51,379 bases of DNA, taken from NCBI RefSeq assembly GCF_028641065.1, contig NW_026575377.1:1-51379 (forward strand). The letters run 5' to 3'. Shown here piece after piece: positions 23,985 through 36,495 of this stretch. How positions within the stretch are numbered: position 1 is the stretch's first letter; the number at the start of each line of letters is the position of its first letter. Source of the stretch: Leucoraja erinacea (Eukaryota). The notes under the pieces were generated by a model, which was given only the letters and a program-made list of their open reading frames with translations, had not been told where the DNA came from and searched no databases. The position numbers and the translations under genes were made by a program.

Positions 23985-24534
23985 TGTTAGAAATATGTTT
24001 CGCAACAGTAATAAGATATAACTTGAATGTTTAATGAGAGAATTCACACAGAGTGCAGAGGTCTGCGGAAGTCTCTCTATGCTCAAATAAATCAAAGAGT
24101 CAGAAATATCTAGTAGCTTTATTAAGTCACTATGGTGAGAGAGAGACTAGATAGTGATGTGCACAGAGCTGGCGCTATTCAGACTGTCGATACAGAGAAT
24201 TTACACATACCTTTATACTCATAAACAGCCGTAAGCCACATGGTAAGTCATTTTCCATAACATGAATAAAGGAACACAGTTTACAAGAAAAATAATGAAG
24301 TACCTTAGTTAGGTTAGGGAGGCAAGGGAGGAGTAGGGAGGCAGACACCTGCCAAAGCAACATAAGAATGTATGTTTGATAACACACAGACTACAGGATG
24401 ATAGCATGAGAATGGAATATCACAAGGACGAGAACGGCTCTTATCCATGTTCTCTCAGCTGGTGCAAGGCCGGTCTGTAACGGCACTTATCCGTTCTGTC
24501 GGTTGACTGCAAAAAGACTGCAAAAATGCTAACA
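23985..24534 (-). repeat. Retroviral 5' LTR (550 bp)
   Basis: 6-bp inverted termini; minus-strand TATAAA at ~24212-24217, AATAAA at 24118-24123, ATTAAA at ~24030-24035. Confidence 0.75.
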
Positions 24535-25384
24535 TCTTTAAAGCATTTTCATATGTACAGTCCACGATAGCTATTGGAATGAGTTTTTCTATAATGTATG
24601 CTGTCATCATGTTCGACAGTTAGGTGGAAGGGCCTGATCCTGTTCTATCCTCCTCTGGGTTATGTGTTTTATAGGGAATGGTGGTACCAAGAGAATATTG
24701 AGCTAAAGAGGATCTTCAATGTGAAGGTCTACGGACACCTGTATTTGGAGAAAATCCTTAAAATGTATTCGGTTAGTGATCGTGGGTTGTGCTCAATGTA
24801 TTGTTAATCAGAATCAGCAACATGTGTGCTCTTGCAAATCGCATCATTGGCCCACTGGGATTGCAGGCGGCCACCAAGGTCGATTTAAATCAGGTAGCTT
24901 CTATTTCGCAGACAGATGTGATAGAAATTGATGATGTTTGAATATTCAGTATGAAACAAATGATTCGTAAATGATATTACTTTTCGCATAGACACTGTGT
25001 TGCAGTAATTCAGTGAGCCAGGAGCATCCCTGGGGAACATAAATATGCGACATTTCGGCTCAAGATTCTAACTCATACTTGTTGCAGTGCGTGGGCGGGG
25101 GGCGAGGAGCTAGGAGAGACATGGGCGGGAGGGGGGGGGGAGGAGAGCTAGGAGAGACGCTGGCCGGGGGCGAGGATCTGTGAGAGAGGTGGGGGGGGGG
25201 GGGTTGCGCGGAGAGCTGGGAGAGACGTGGGGCTCGCCAAAGCCGGGCAAGTGGCAGATGTATGCAGGTTCGCGGTGGTTTTGATCGGCGGATGATTGAA
25301 CAAAGGGCAATGATGAAAAAAGATAAGGAAAGATGATCATTTGCAGATCTTGCCTCGAGTAATAGACATATGTGTTGCATTACG

Positions 25385-25860
25385 ACCTCATTTCGCAATT
25401 TGAACGCCCAGGAACGAAGGAGTTTACAGAGAATGGCAGCTACTGTCCGCAGCACCACAGATGCAAATTACCCCACTATCCAGTGGATCTCTGGGAGGGA
25501 CTGCCTCAGAAAAGACACCCGCTATCATGAAAGACCCACGCCATCCTGGCCGCGCTCTAATTCAATTCTACGATTGGGGCATGAAATCGTGACCGCGTGG
25601 TTCTAGAATAGCTTCTTCCCAACACTGTCAGCCACACGTCACAGCAATAACCACAGCAGCTTTAAAGTCATCTGGACTTTCTATGTTTGCACGAAGCACT
25701 GAGAGTTGTTATTTGATGCATTAGGGATTACAGGTATTATGTGACTGTATGTTTAATATTGAGTTCTATTGTTTTGTGTATTTCGTTTCTGGCCATGTTA
25801 GGCTGCTGCAAGTAACAATCTCCTTATTCCGTTGTCGGTTCATTTGAACAATGAGCACGT
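25385..25860 (+). mobile_element. Rex1/Babar LINE 3' fragment, old
   Basis: CITTSFRNLNAQERRSLQRMAATVRSTT..; HPGRAL; NSFFP-like end. Confidence 0.6.
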
Positions 25861-26231
25861 TTCACACTTTTGACACACTTAGAAAGCAATGATCTGACCA
25901 AGCCGACAGCACATAGATACGAGCGAAGTCTCAGCGAGGAATTGAATGCGTGAATGGAATTGAATTGAATGGCGTTGAATTCTGACAACTCGGAAGTTAT
26001 ACAACGTTTCGGGAGTTAAATAGAAGTCGGACATCACCGGTAAATGTCGGGACAACAGAACAATTGGTGAACAGAGATCCAGAGGGATACAAGTTCCGAG
26101 TTGACTGACTTCGATGACTGTATCCGCTCTGTTTTGATCATGGGGAAAGTCATGGAGATATCTGGTCAGTCAATGTAAGTGTCTTGAGGACAGGAAGTGT
26201 TACAGCCGCTGGGATGCTGACGTGAGCGGAC

Positions 26232-26582
26232 GAGAGATAGAAATAAGAGAGAGAAGGGAGAGAGAGAGGAGGGGGGAGAGAGGAGGAGCGAGAGAGAGAA
26301 GGGAGGGGGGGAGAAAGAGGAGGAGAGAAAGAGAGTAGGAGAGCAAAGAGGGGAGAGAAAGGGAGAAGGGGAGAGAGAGAGAAGGGAGAGAAAGGGGGAA
26401 TAGAGGAGGGGGAGATAAATAAGGTAGAGAGAGTGGGGGAAAGAGGGGACAGAGAGAAGGGGAGCGAAAGAGAGAGAAGGGAGAGAGAGGAGAGGGGGAG
26501 AGAGAAGGGAGAAAGCAAAGGGAGAGCAAAGGAAGAGATAGAGGGTAGAGCGAGAAGAAGGGAGAGAGAAGGGGGAGACGAG
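26232..26582. repeat. GA-rich polypurine low-complexity tract
   Basis: Almost only G/A on the + strand. Confidence 0.9.
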
Positions 26583-27719
26583 AGCGTGGGGGTCATTTTC
26601 CCGCACAAACCATAGGTGACTGCGCAATCTGAACCCAACCTCCAAGTTGTAAGCGGCCGAAGATGCGCATCCCTCGGGACAGCCCCCACTCTCCCACGGC
26701 CACACTCCGCGGGCTGCGGGTCGGGTGGAACGGAGGTGGGGTACAGTATTCATCCCTCCAAGGTGAAGTGATGGACGCGGGGGTCTGGACCAATCCCTGA
26801 CAAGTCCCGCCCCCCGGCAACGTCATGTTCGTTATTTGACTTCTCTTTTGAGCGGCAATCGGTCCGTTTGCTTGTAGGCGACGCCGCCTTTCGAGTAGGT
26901 GGTATTTCGGCAAAGCGGCCTTTGCAAAGCGGTGACTTTGTTTTTAGGCGACGCAGACTTTCGGTTAATTTGCCTTTAGGCGTTCCGCCCTCTCGGTTAG
27001 TTTGCATTTAGGCGTCCCACCCTTTCGGTTAGTTGATGTTTCGGCTACGTTTCCATTCCCTGATTTTGCGCTTCGGCTTCGTTTCCATTCGGTTATTTGG
27101 CTTCCACTTCTTTGCTTCGGCTTCTGCCCCGTCGGCGCCACGTCCGGGTACCAAAGCCAGTCAGAAAATACAGAAAGTGACATTGATAGGTGTTCGTGAT
27201 TAGCAACAATATTTGGGCCAATTCAAACTGTTTCACACAATGAATTGTCACAAGGCCATACAGACGGACGGAATGGGCAGTCCTAGGTATTCTCCATCAA
27301 AACCTTCGTATCATTGGAAGATCGCTAGGCTCTCGGCATTGTCAGATGTTGTGAGACGTGCAGCCGTGCAGAGCTGCGCTATTTTGAGGGAGAGCCTGAA
27401 TAAGGATCACGCGGTTATACATCGTCGCTGAGGCTTGGATGTAAGAAGATCCCGCCTGCCCAGAGAGAGTCGTAATATCATAAACATATAGTTTCGTCAC
27501 ACACGTCGCCCTTCGGCCCATCTCATCCATGCTGATCATGTTGGCATGTTGGGCTTGTCACATTTAGAGCCATGGATTCAGAAAACACGAAGAAAGGACC
27601 TTGGCCCAACTTGCCCATGTCGCTCGATGCTAACCACACCTGCCTAAGTTTGGCCCAGGTCCCTCTGAAGGTGTCCTACGCATGTTTCTGACCAGATATG
27701 ATTTTCCTGTGGTGAAGGG

Positions 27720-28235
27720 GGCTTTTGGTACATTTGACCTTCATCGGTCAGTGTGTTGAGGTAAACACTTGGGAGGATATGGTGCCGTTGGACGCCACGT
27801 TGTTGAGGCCACGTTTAGAGTTGAGTTTTTGGTCAACCTGTTACAGAAACGATTTTATTCAGCTGGAAAATAACCTGGAACTACACAGTGGGGGTTGGGG
27901 TTTCATTCCTTAGATCACAGAAGGCTGAGGGTTTATCTTATAGAGGTGTATAAAATAATGAGTGAAATCGATTGAGTGAATGTTCTGAGTATGTTACTAA
28001 GAAGAGGAGAAGCAAGAACCAAACGTTCATAGTTTAAGTTGAGAAGATGAATAATAGGAACCTGAAGGGCAACGTTTTCACCCAGTGTGCGGTGGGACTA
28101 TGGAACGAGCTGCCAGATGAGGTAGTTGACGCAGGTACTAAAACAATATTTAATATACGCTTGGACAGGAACATGGGCATGGAATATTTACTAGGATATG
28201 GGCGATACGCGGGCAATTGGGACTGGTTTAGATTC
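27720..28235 (+). mobile_element. Old CR1 LINE 3' fragment
   Basis: LLRPRLELSFWSTCYRNDFIQLE; GNVFTQCAVGLWNELP. Confidence 0.7.
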
Positions 28236-28249
28236 AGTATCTTGATCTG

Positions 28250-28700
28250 CAGGTACACAAAAATGCTGGAGAAACTCAGCGTGTGCAGCAGCATCTATGG
28301 AGCGAAGGAAATAGGCAACGTTTCAGGCCGAAACCCTTCTTCAGACTGATGGGGGGTAGGGGTGGCGGGAAGAAGAAAGGAAAACGGAGGAGGAAGAGCC
28401 CGAGGGCTGGGCGATGGGAGGAGACAGTCCGAGGGCTGAGGAATGAGAGGAGACAGCAAGGACAAACAGAATTGGGAGAATTCAATGTTCATGCCCGCAG
28501 GATGCAGACTCCCCAAGCGGTTCCTCCAATTTCCGGTGTTGCTCTCTCTGGCCGTGGAGGAGACCCAGGATAGAGAGGTCGGATACGGAATGGGAGGGGG
28601 AGTTGAAGTACTGAGCCACTAGGATGTCAGGCTGGTTAGTGCGGACCGAGCGGAGGTGTTCGGCGAAACGATCGCCCAGCCTCGGCTTGGCCTGCAGCGA
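28250..28700 (-). mobile_element. Penelope-like element 3' fragment
   Basis: GSLHPAGMNIEFSQF, then CTGAAGAAGGGTTTCGGCCTGAAACGTTGCC terminal motif. Confidence 0.7.
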
Positions 28701-28984
28701 CGAGTTTTGTTAAACAGCCAGTTTCCGTGCTGTCTACTTAATTGACTCTATTTGGCTCATCACCCTATAAACCTTCCCCATCCATACATCTCTGCAAATA
28801 ACATAAGATAAATAATTCGCATAAAGAGTTTCATTCTGCGGTGTATGTTGTTTGACGGTTTACACAACTTCCCGAGACATATGTCTCATTTATACATCTA
28901 CTTGCGTGCATGCACACCCTTTCAATTTTGTTCAATAGTGTTCGAGGCAATTACATTTGTAATTTGGACAAAATATACGGTGTA

Positions 28985-31900
28985 TCATTTAATGCAGTTG
29001 GTTACTGTGGCAACAGGAACCATGTGCCATTTGATCACGTGTTTCAGTTCCTCTCTGAATTTTCTCTGAGATACAGCATAAATAAAGGTGTTCGTGGAAG
29101 AACTCAAAGACTTCAGCATGTACCCGGATAACTCAGCAATGTTGAAGGGGTCATTGCAATTTCCATCCAAAAATAGCGTGTCAGTAAATTGCACACATAT
29201 GTAACATATCAAATTAACCATCCACAAGAGAATAAAGCTGCCAGAAATGGCGAGCAGCAACACGATGGATTTTCTGCGGTTCTCTATCTCTGGGTCAGTG
29301 TGCTTCACAGTACTGTTGTTTCCACGTAGTCCGCTCCTCACTCGGTTCGCCAATATAATGTGTCTGATGGTCAGTGAATTAAACAGCAAGATCAACAAAT
29401 AGGGAGCAAACGGAGTCAAGATCGTTTCCAGCCACAGAAATGCGGCCCAAATGGGTAATGTGTAGAAGCTTGATTTTACATAGCACGCCCACTCAACGCC
29501 ATTAACTACCTCCCGTGGTTCGTATATGAAATAGTACGGAATGTTTTCCACGATACTTGTACACAATACCACCGCTACCACGATAGTCACATTCTTTTCA
29601 GTACAATGTTTTGTTCGTAGCATTTGATGGCAAATCGCAATAAATCGGTCGAAATAAAAGCCACAGTGAGTCACACTGAACAGTCCATGGAAATAAAAAT
29701 CGTGGTTACGGTGGTGAGATTGAAGAAGGAATGTGTAAAATATGCAATAATAATCTGATATAAAATGACAACAAATGTAATGACCATCAGGTCAGCGACG
29801 GCCATTCCCAGCAGGTAACGAGAGATGCATTTGGAGAGACCGCACTTTTCTCGGGACAAGATCATGATGGCCAACAAATTTACTGCATAAAACAGATGTA
29901 TATTAATAATGATATTCGATATGAGAAGCCGAATAGTGATGTTTCATTATCTGGATTAGAATTAATTGCACAATATTTATCTGATAGTTTTAGTGGGAAA
30001 TCGGTTGCAATTGTGACAATTCGGTCAACTCCGACTAGTGGGTCTGGTCTTTGCAGCGCTGAAGTCAGAATGCAGCTGTAGATCAGATACGTATCTGCTA
30101 CAGAGCCATGAACCAAGTACTGAGCGGGAGGTTGGTCTCGCTGAATTGTGCTTTATACGAAGCATGACTGGCTTATATAACGCGGCTCCATTCATTGGCA
30201 AAGTGGCCGCTCACCCCGGTTGGAGGTGTCTTTAAAGTAAATAATTTTGTTGGAGGTGACTTTAAAGTAAATAATTTTATTGTATTGTTTCTTCATTCCA
30301 AAGATTTGAAATAATGTTTCATTTGGATCTAACTGGGAGCAATACATTAATTCATTCTTGTTTTTTTTTTAATCGTTTACTTTGATTGTTTAAAATATTG
30401 GAATTATTCCCGGTTATGGATTCCCGTACATACCGCTGACAGGAAGGAATTGCCTAAAGCTCTGGTGACTGTTTTAAGTAGGAACTCATGATTCATTATT
30501 TGGGATGCTGTCATGGCCAGTGCAAAACTCCACTTTAAACGACTAACGCCAGAGTGATGTCTAGAGCTCGACTCGACTCACGTCGGCAGAAAGAACGAGT
30601 AAAAATGCAGACAGGCAGCTGTACGGTTGCGGGTTATGGGCAATGTTGCCAAACCAAGTATCATCCTTCTTATTATTACTTACCATTGACTCTACGTCCG
30701 CATCAAGTAGATCATTTGCAATTTTGTCTCCAGAGAGTTATTTATATTTAAAATATTGTTTACAAATAGTACAGTGCACCAGCAGGTCGTTCGCTCCTCA
30801 ATGTCTGTATACGTTCAGAAAATCTCCTCTGCCAGTTCGAGATCCAGATCCCTCCATTCCCCGCCTAACCATCGGGGGCAGATTATTATCTCAACGGGGT
30901 TAGGTTAGGTAAGGGGGAGGTGCAGCGAGACCTGGGTGTCCTTGTACACTACCTTGTAGTGGGGAAACTACTAGAGTCAGTTATTAAAGATGGGATAGCA
31001 GCACATTTGGAAAGTGGTGAAATCATTGGACAAAGTCAGCATGGATTTACGAAAGGTAAATCATGTCTGACGAATCTTCTAGAATTTTTCGAGGATGTAA
31101 CTAGTAGCGTGGATAGGGGAGAACCAGTGGATGTGGTGTATCTGGACTTCCAGAAGGCTTTCGACAAGGTCCCACATAAGAGATTAGTATACAAACTTAA
31201 AGTACACGGCATTGGGGGTTCAGTATTGATGTGGATAGAGAACTGTCTGGCAAACAGGAAGCAAAGAGTAGGAGTAAACGGGTCCTTTTCACAATGGCAG
31301 GCAGTGACTAGTGGGGTAGCGCAAGGCTCAGTGCTGGGACCCCAGCTATTTACAATATATATTATTGATCTGGATGAGGGAATTGAAGGCAATATCTCCA
31401 AGTTTGCGGATGGCACTAAGCTGGGGGGCAGTGTTAGCTGTGAGGAGGATGCTAGGAGACTGCAAGGTGACTTGGATAGGCTGGGTGAGTGGGCAAATGT
31501 TTGGCAGATGCAGTATAATGTGGATAAATGTAAGGTTATCCATTTTGGTGGCAAAAACAGGAAAGAAGACTAAATGGTGGCCGACTAGGAAAAGGGGAGA
31601 TGCAGCGAGACCTGGGTGTCATTGTACACCAGTCGTTGAAAGTAGGCATGCAGGTGCAGCAGGCAGTGAAGAAAGCGAATACTATGTTAGCTTTCATAGC
31701 AAAAGGATTTGAGTATAGGAGCAGGGAGGTTCTACTGCAGTTGTACAGGGTCTTGGTGAGACCACATCTGGAGTATTGCGTACAGTTTTCGTCTCCAAAT
31801 CTGAGGAAGGACATTATTGCCATAGAGGGAGTGCAGAGAAGGTTCACCAGACTGATTCCTGGGATGTCAGGACTGTCTTATGAAGAAAGACTGGATAGAC

Positions 31901-34301
31901 TTGGTTTATACTCTCTAGAATTTAGGAGATTGAGAGGGGATCTTATAGAAACTTACAAAACTCTTAAGGGGTTGGACAGGCTAGATGCAGGAAGATTGCT
32001 CCCGATGTTGGGAAAGTCCAGGACAAGGGGTCACAGCTTAAGGATAATGGGGAAATCGTTTAAAACCGAGATGAGAAGAATTTTTTTTTCACACAGTGAG
32101 TGATGAATCTCTGGAACTCTCTGCCGCAGAGGGTAGTCGAGGCCAGTTCATTGGCTATTTTTAAGAGGGAGTTAGATGTGGCCCTTGTGGCTAATGGGAT
32201 CAGAGGGTATGGAGAAAAGGCAGGTACGGGATACTGAGTTGGATGCTCAGCCATGATCATATTGAATGGCGGTGCAGGCTCGAAGGGCCGAATGGCCTCT
32301 ACTCCTGCACCTAATTTCTATGTTTCTATGTTTACACCAGTCACTGAAAGTCGGCGCGCAGGTACAGCAGGCAGTGAAGAAAGCTAATGGAATGTTGGCC
32401 TTCATAACAAGAGGATTTCAGTATAGGAGCAAAGTGGTTCTTCTGCAGTTGTACAGGGCTCTGGTGAGACCACATCTGGAGTATTATGTACAGTTTTGGT
32501 CTCATAATTTGAGGACATTGTAATTGACGCAGTGCAGCGTAGGTTCACGAGATTCATCGCTGGGATGGCGGGACTGTCATATGAGGGAAGATTGAAAAGA
32601 TTAGGCTTGTATTCACTTGAGTTTAGAAGGATGAGGGGAGATCTTATACAAACGTATACAAAAGGACTGCACAGGCTAGATGCAGGAAAAATGTTCCCAA
32701 TGTTGGGGAAGTCCAGAACCAGGGGCCACTGTCTCAGAATAAAGGGGAGGTCATTTAAAACTGAGATGAGAAAAAAAATCACCCTGAGAGTTGTGAATTT
32801 GGCGAATTCTCTGCCACAGAAAGCAGTGGAGACCAATTCACTAGATTAATTTAAAATATAGATAGAGCACTTGGAGGTAGCGGAATCAAGGGACATGGGG
32901 AGACGGTAGGCACGGGTTACGGATTGTGGATGATCAGCCATGATCATATTGAATGGCGGTGCAGGCTCGAAGGGCCGAATGGCCTCTACTCCTGCACCTA
33001 ATTTCTATCTTTCTATGTTTACACCAGTCACTGAAAGTTGGCGCGCAGGTACAGCAGGCAGTGAAGAAAGCTAATGGAATTTTGGCCTTCATAACAAGAG
33101 GATTTCAGTATAGGAGCAAAGTGGTTCTTCTGCAGTTGTACAGGGCTCTGGTGAGACCACATCTGGAGTATTGTGTACAGTTTTGGTCTCATAATTTGAG
33201 GACATTGTGATTGACGCAGTGCAGCGTAGGTTCACGAGATTCATCGCTGGGATGGCGGGACTGTCATATGAGGGAAGATTGAAAAGATTAGGCTTGTATT
33301 CACTTGAGTTTAGAAGGATGAGGGGAGATCTTATACAAACGTATACAAAAGGACTGCACAGGCTAGATGCAGGAAAAATGTTCCCAATGTTGGGGAAGTC
33401 CAGAACCAGGGGCCGCAGTCTCAGAATAAAGGGGAGGTCATTTAAAACTGAGATGAGAAAAAAAATCACCCTGAGAGTTGTGAATTTGGCGAATTATCTG
33501 CCACAGAAAGCAGTGGAGACCAATTCACTAGATGAATTTAAAATATAGATAGAGCACTTGGAGGTAGCGGAATCAAGGGACATGGGGAGAAGGTAGGCAC
33601 GGGTTACGGATTGTGGATGATCAGCCATGATGACACTAAATGTAGATGCAGGCTCGATGGGCCAAATAGTCTCCTTCTGCAGCTATTAACAATGTTTCTA
33701 TGTTGCTATGTTTCTCTGTCACCCATTCGATCTCTCCAGAGATGCTGCCTGCCTCGCTGAGTTACTGCAGCATTTTTTTGTGAGGACACACACCTTCCCT
33801 GTCCCCTAGACACGGTAGGTATATTTTTGTATCAGAGTGAGACTGATCTGAAGAAGGGTTTCGGCCCGAAATGTTGCCTATTACATTCGCTCCATAGATG
33901 CTGCTGCACCCGCTGAGTTCCTCCAGCACTTTTGTCTACCTTCGATTTTCCAGCATCTGCAGTTCCTTCTTAAATATTTCAGGATTGGTTGCTTGGCGAT
34001 AAACAAACCGTTCACGTTAAATGTCCACACAATAAACCAGACATGTGTCTATATCTATTAAGACACCTCACACAATCAGCTGAATTAGATCAATGGAACA
34101 CAACGGGAAAACAGATGTGAATTCATTTGAAATTCGACATTTACGTCATCAAAAGCAACACATCCATTCAATAGACATGTGCATGAAACTTGCTCGCAAT
34201 AACAAGTTTTACCAGGTTTTAAATGGTTTACCAGGTACCCCAATTGTTCCAAGAATGGGGTAGTAAATTCGTTCAATCTGTAAAATCACGGGTCTCTCCA
34301 T
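28985..34301 (-). pseudogene. GPR139/GPR142-like class A GPCR pseudogene (2 exons)
   Basis: Exon 1 34232-34301 MERPVILQIERIYYPILGTIGVP|GTAAAC; exon 2 29882-28985 (V)NLLAIMILSREKCGLSKCISRYLLGMAVADL...DCSV*LTVAF/FDRFIAIC...NTFIY; stop at 29671-29673, adjacent 1-bp frameshift, TM3 Cys region apparently deleted. Confidence 0.85.
30876..33712 (+). mobile_element. Nested and tandemly duplicated CR1 LINEs
   Basis: RT QHGFTKGKSCLTNL, YLDFQKAFDKVPH, QGSVLGP, KFADGTKL; inner copy ~30950-32332 flanked by TACAC; 687-bp tandem duplication (32248-32934 / 32935-33621). Confidence 0.92.
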
Positions 34302-34694
34302 GTTTTGAGGAATGATATCCTGTTCCACCCGGTAATATGCCTGGATCTTTAATAATGCCGTATTGATATATAGAAGAAGCCGCTGGTGACACACGTCTAT
34401 ACCACGTGATTGCATCAATTGTCTATAGACATTGCAACAAATCGGTTAATTTGTGTCCCAGCAACTGCAACACATCAGGGGAATGATTCATTCAAATTCA
34501 AACATTTAAACATCAGTGAGGACGTTTATATTTAGATCCACGTTAGAATGAACTGGAGCAAGAATTTGTGCCGGTGTGGGTGCCCTTCAGCTTGACAACA
34601 TCCAGATTGTTTAGCATTTACTGGGGGCAGTTTTGCATTTTGAATTAATTTGATTTGAAATCCACCCAAAATGTATCCAAATTACTTAGACAGA

Positions 34695-35260
34695 GACATG
34701 AAAAATAGGTGCCTGAGAAGGCCATTCGACCCGTCGAGCCAGCACCACCATTCAATATGATCCAAAATCAATATTCCGTTCCTGCTTCCTCCCCATATTC
34801 CTTGATTCCGTTATAATGGCTATATCGAACTTTCTCTTGAACACATCCAGTGAAATGGTCTCCATTGCCTTCTGTGGCAGGGAATTCCACAGATTCACAA
34901 CACTGGGTGAAAACTATTTTCTTCATCTCAGCCCAAAATGGGCTACCCTTAATTCCTATACTGTGACCCCTGGTTCTGGACTCCCCCAACTTTGGGAACA
35001 TTTTATCTGCATCTAGCCTGTCCAATCCCTGAGGAAATGTTATATGTTTCTATAAGATCCCCTCTCATACTTCTAAATTCCAGTAAACATAAGCCCATCT
35101 TATCGACCCATTCTTCCATTATATGTCAGTCCCGCCATCCCGGGAATTAACCCGGTGAACCTGCGCTGCACTCCCACAATAGCAAGAATGTCCTTCCTCA
35201 AATTCGGAGACCACAATTGCGAACAATACTCGAGGTGTGGTCTCACCAGCACCATGTATA
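34695..35260 (-). mobile_element. CR1 LINE 3' fragment
   Basis: [26 protein letters not shown]; VRPHLEYCSQL. Confidence 0.85.
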
Positions 35261-35654
35261 ATAGATAGCAAGTAACACGCAGAAATTGAATTCTGTAAAT
35301 GTATTATACATTATTCAAGATATTTTATCCGGCGTCTTCACTCTCATTTCAACCGCTGATGTTTATGCTTGTTCATAGTTACCATATTATACACAGTACT
35401 ACACTACTGCAGATAGGAATTGTGTTTCACTACGAACAACTTTGCTGTAGAATGACAAATGTTATAAATCTGAATTAGGTAATTGAATCAAAATATATTT
35501 CTTTAGTCAGACCTGGGCCGTGTTCGATGCATTGTTGATCAGAGCTGGGAATAGAACTGCTCTTGCAAATCGCGAGAGCATCCACTGGCTCACAGAAGTG
35601 GCAAGTGAATTCCAAGTTGTATTTATGTGGGATAGTCTTTGCTTGATTTATTGA

Positions 35655-35950
35655 TTCATCTAACTTCAAATAACCCCTGCATTTGCTCTCTCTCCATCCC
35701 AACCCCCACCCAAGTCGCACCAGTTTCTCCTTTTCGCCTCGCAAACAGCTAACTATGGGCTGTTTACCTAATCATCGTTACATTTTACTTATATTACATT
35801 CATTTGTTCTATATCTCTCTACATCACCATCTACATCTCTCGTTTCCCTTTCCCCCGACTATCAGTCTGAAGAAGGGTAACGACCCGAAACGTCACGCAC
35901 CCCTTCTCCAGAGATGCTGCCCGTCCCGCGGAGTTACTCCGGCATTTGTG
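35655..35950 (+). mobile_element. Penelope-like terminal fragment
   Basis: CAGTCTGAAGAAGGGTAACGACCCGAAACGTCAC...GATGCTGCC, same terminal motif as the other copies. Confidence 0.6.
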
Positions 35951-36074
35951 TCATTTTCGCCAAGGAGCGAAGGAGTTTATAGATAATCGCCGAGACTCTC
36001 CGTTCCATTATTCCTAGATGGATTGATGTAAATATTTAACTAAGAAATGATTAAACAATTCAGAACAACGCTGG

Positions 36075-36495
36075 CAATGCAGAGACGATTTACAAAGTTG
36101 TTGCCAGGACCAGAGGGCCTGAGTTACAGGGAGAGAATGAGCAGGCCAGGACTTTATATTTTGGGGTTCAGCAGGTTGAGGGGCGATTTCATAGAGGTGC
36201 ACACTATCATGTGAGAGACAGTTCTGCTAAATGCACAGTCTTTTGCACAGAAAATGGGAAACGAGAACCAGAGAACATGGCTTTATGTTATAGGGCGAAA
36301 GATTTAATAGGAACCCCGTGGCTGACTTTTTTACACAAAGGACGGCGGGCAACGTTTAATATACATGTGGACTGGTACATGGATAGGGCACGTTTAGCGG
36401 GGTATGGGCCAAACACACGTAGGTGCGACGCGTGTAGATGGGGCATGTTGGTCAGCATTGGTAGGTTGGGCCGAAGGGCCTGTTTCCACGCTGAT
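36075..36495 (+). mobile_element. Old CR1 LINE 3' fragment
   Basis: QRRFTKLLPGPEGLSYRER; RLRGDFIEV; 3' GGTTGGGCCGAAGGGCCTGTTTCC. Confidence 0.7.

Larger units (their letters stand above)
22551..24534 (-). mobile_element. Truncated endogenous retrovirus (5' LTR, PBS, leader, gag; no pol/env)
   Basis: LTR 23985-24534 with TGTTAG...CTAACA termini; PBS TGGCGCCCAACGTGGGGC; degraded gag with CCHC knuckle. Confidence 0.85.

Noticed and set aside
22551-24534. Endogenous foamy virus, suggested by the Lys1,2 PBS
   Set aside because: Gag has a myristoylation motif and a CCHC knuckle, which canonical foamy Gag lacks; no pol is present to test further
24674-24771. AG/GT-bounded segment containing IWRKSLKCI, resembling a TRIM linker exon
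   Set aside because: Stops in that frame, no companion exons, similarity too weak
25984-26106. Imperfect inverted repeat GACAACTCGGAAG...TTCCGAGTTGAC
   Set aside because: Probably a decayed MITE remnant; no clear TSD and too short to classify
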